Source: Lama guanicoe
Taxonomy: Eukaryota
Direction: 5' to 3'
DNA: 64,000 nucleotides
Assembly (NCBI GenBank): GCA_013239625.1
Contig: MU053881.1
Location: 9,509,957-9,573,956 of the forward strand
The notes under the pieces were generated by a model that had not been told where the DNA came from, searched no databases, and worked only from the letters and a program-made list of their open reading frames with translations. Positions 62,996 to 64,000 of this stretch are shown piece by piece; the first letter of the stretch is position 1, and each line of letters begins with the position of its first letter. The translations under genes and the position numbers were made by a program.

Positions 62996-64000
62996 GCAAC
63001 AAGAAACAACAACAAAATGAATTTTTTTAAAGGGATTTGATACTTCTTTACCCACAGCACCTCTTTGGGGTTCCAAGCTCTGCCAGTGCCTAGCAGAGCG
63101 TGTTTTTCCATTTCCAGTTACTGATATCGGTTTTATTAGCAAAGAGGGTACAATCTCATCTCCTCTCCCTCATCGTCTTATTATTTCTTTCTTGGTTCAG
63201 AACTCTGAAATGCTACTGATGAGTGCTACTCTGGAGTGTCTAGGTAACCAGGATGGGGATCCCTATGGAAGCTACTAGGTAGCTTGTAAGCCTTCCCTAA
63301 GTTAAGGGAGGGGACATCATGACCAGGAGCCCCAGTGATATTGGAGACAAATCCCCCGATCAGAGCCATATGTTCTAGCTAAGGTGTTAGGACACAGACC
63401 CTCAATCAGGGCTGTCCAGGCTGGACAGGTAGGCGGTATATCACCCCATCCTGCAGTCAGAAAAACACACAGCCCGAAGCCTGGTACATATCAGGTATTT
63501 CAAGAAATGTCATTTCTTCACCTTCTATTCCCTAATTTGAGCTTCTGTGTCCCTAAGGAAAATGTGCAATTGATGTCTTATATAGAAACTATGGCTTCAA
63601 GAAGAAACAAACACATCTGTAACATTGTAAGAGAATTTCTAGGTCTCCAGCCCATTAGGAGAATGTTTTAACCTAACCATGATGAGATATTGCGCACCCA
63701 GAAAGTATTTCATCGAATGCCATTTTCACAGAAAACATTCAACAGAAATTTGATGACAGGCTACAAAGCGACATGTAGACATGGTCAGAGTTCAAGTTAT
63801 GCTTAATTACGGGCTGTCAGTTACCAAGTGGGAAGTTCAAAATGCCACAGTTAACCAACACGCATGCTAACCTATTCCACTAGAAGGAAAACATTTTTTA
63901 AACAGCATTTAACATTTGCTACAAAGCCCTGGAAAGAAGCCAGGGGAAAAGAAACAATTAAAAGATTGTTTCAAGTGACAAATCTACTTGTCTGAGCAAA

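Overview
Non-coding mammalian genomic DNA, most likely from a camelid (alpaca, llama or camel): it carries a Vic-1-like tRNA-derived SINE and several young L1 3' ends of related type. I can support no protein-coding exon, RNA gene or CRISPR array. The only ORF I recognise (5362-5640) is the C-terminal remnant of L1 ORF2. The window is a mosaic of interspersed repeats (L1 3' fragments, L2, MIR, MaLR/ERVL/ERV1 solo LTRs, hAT and Tigger MITEs), microsatellites, and repeat-free, CpG-retaining blocks that look like conserved non-coding or enhancer elements. Orientation bias (7 of 8 L1 fragments and 4 of 6 LTRs on +, and A-runs visibly more common than T-runs on +) suggests a long intron of an unidentified minus-strand gene. 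The best leads are an intact 463-bp ERV1-type solo LTR with a 4-bp TSD and full promoter motifs in the inferred sense orientation, candidate recursive splice sites on the minus strand, a palindromic STAT site in a CpG micro-island, a CTCF plus p53-like motif pair, and several nested insertions. I found no convincing novel biological system. Repeat family names come from recalled consensus sequences and need RepeatMasker/Dfam confirmation.
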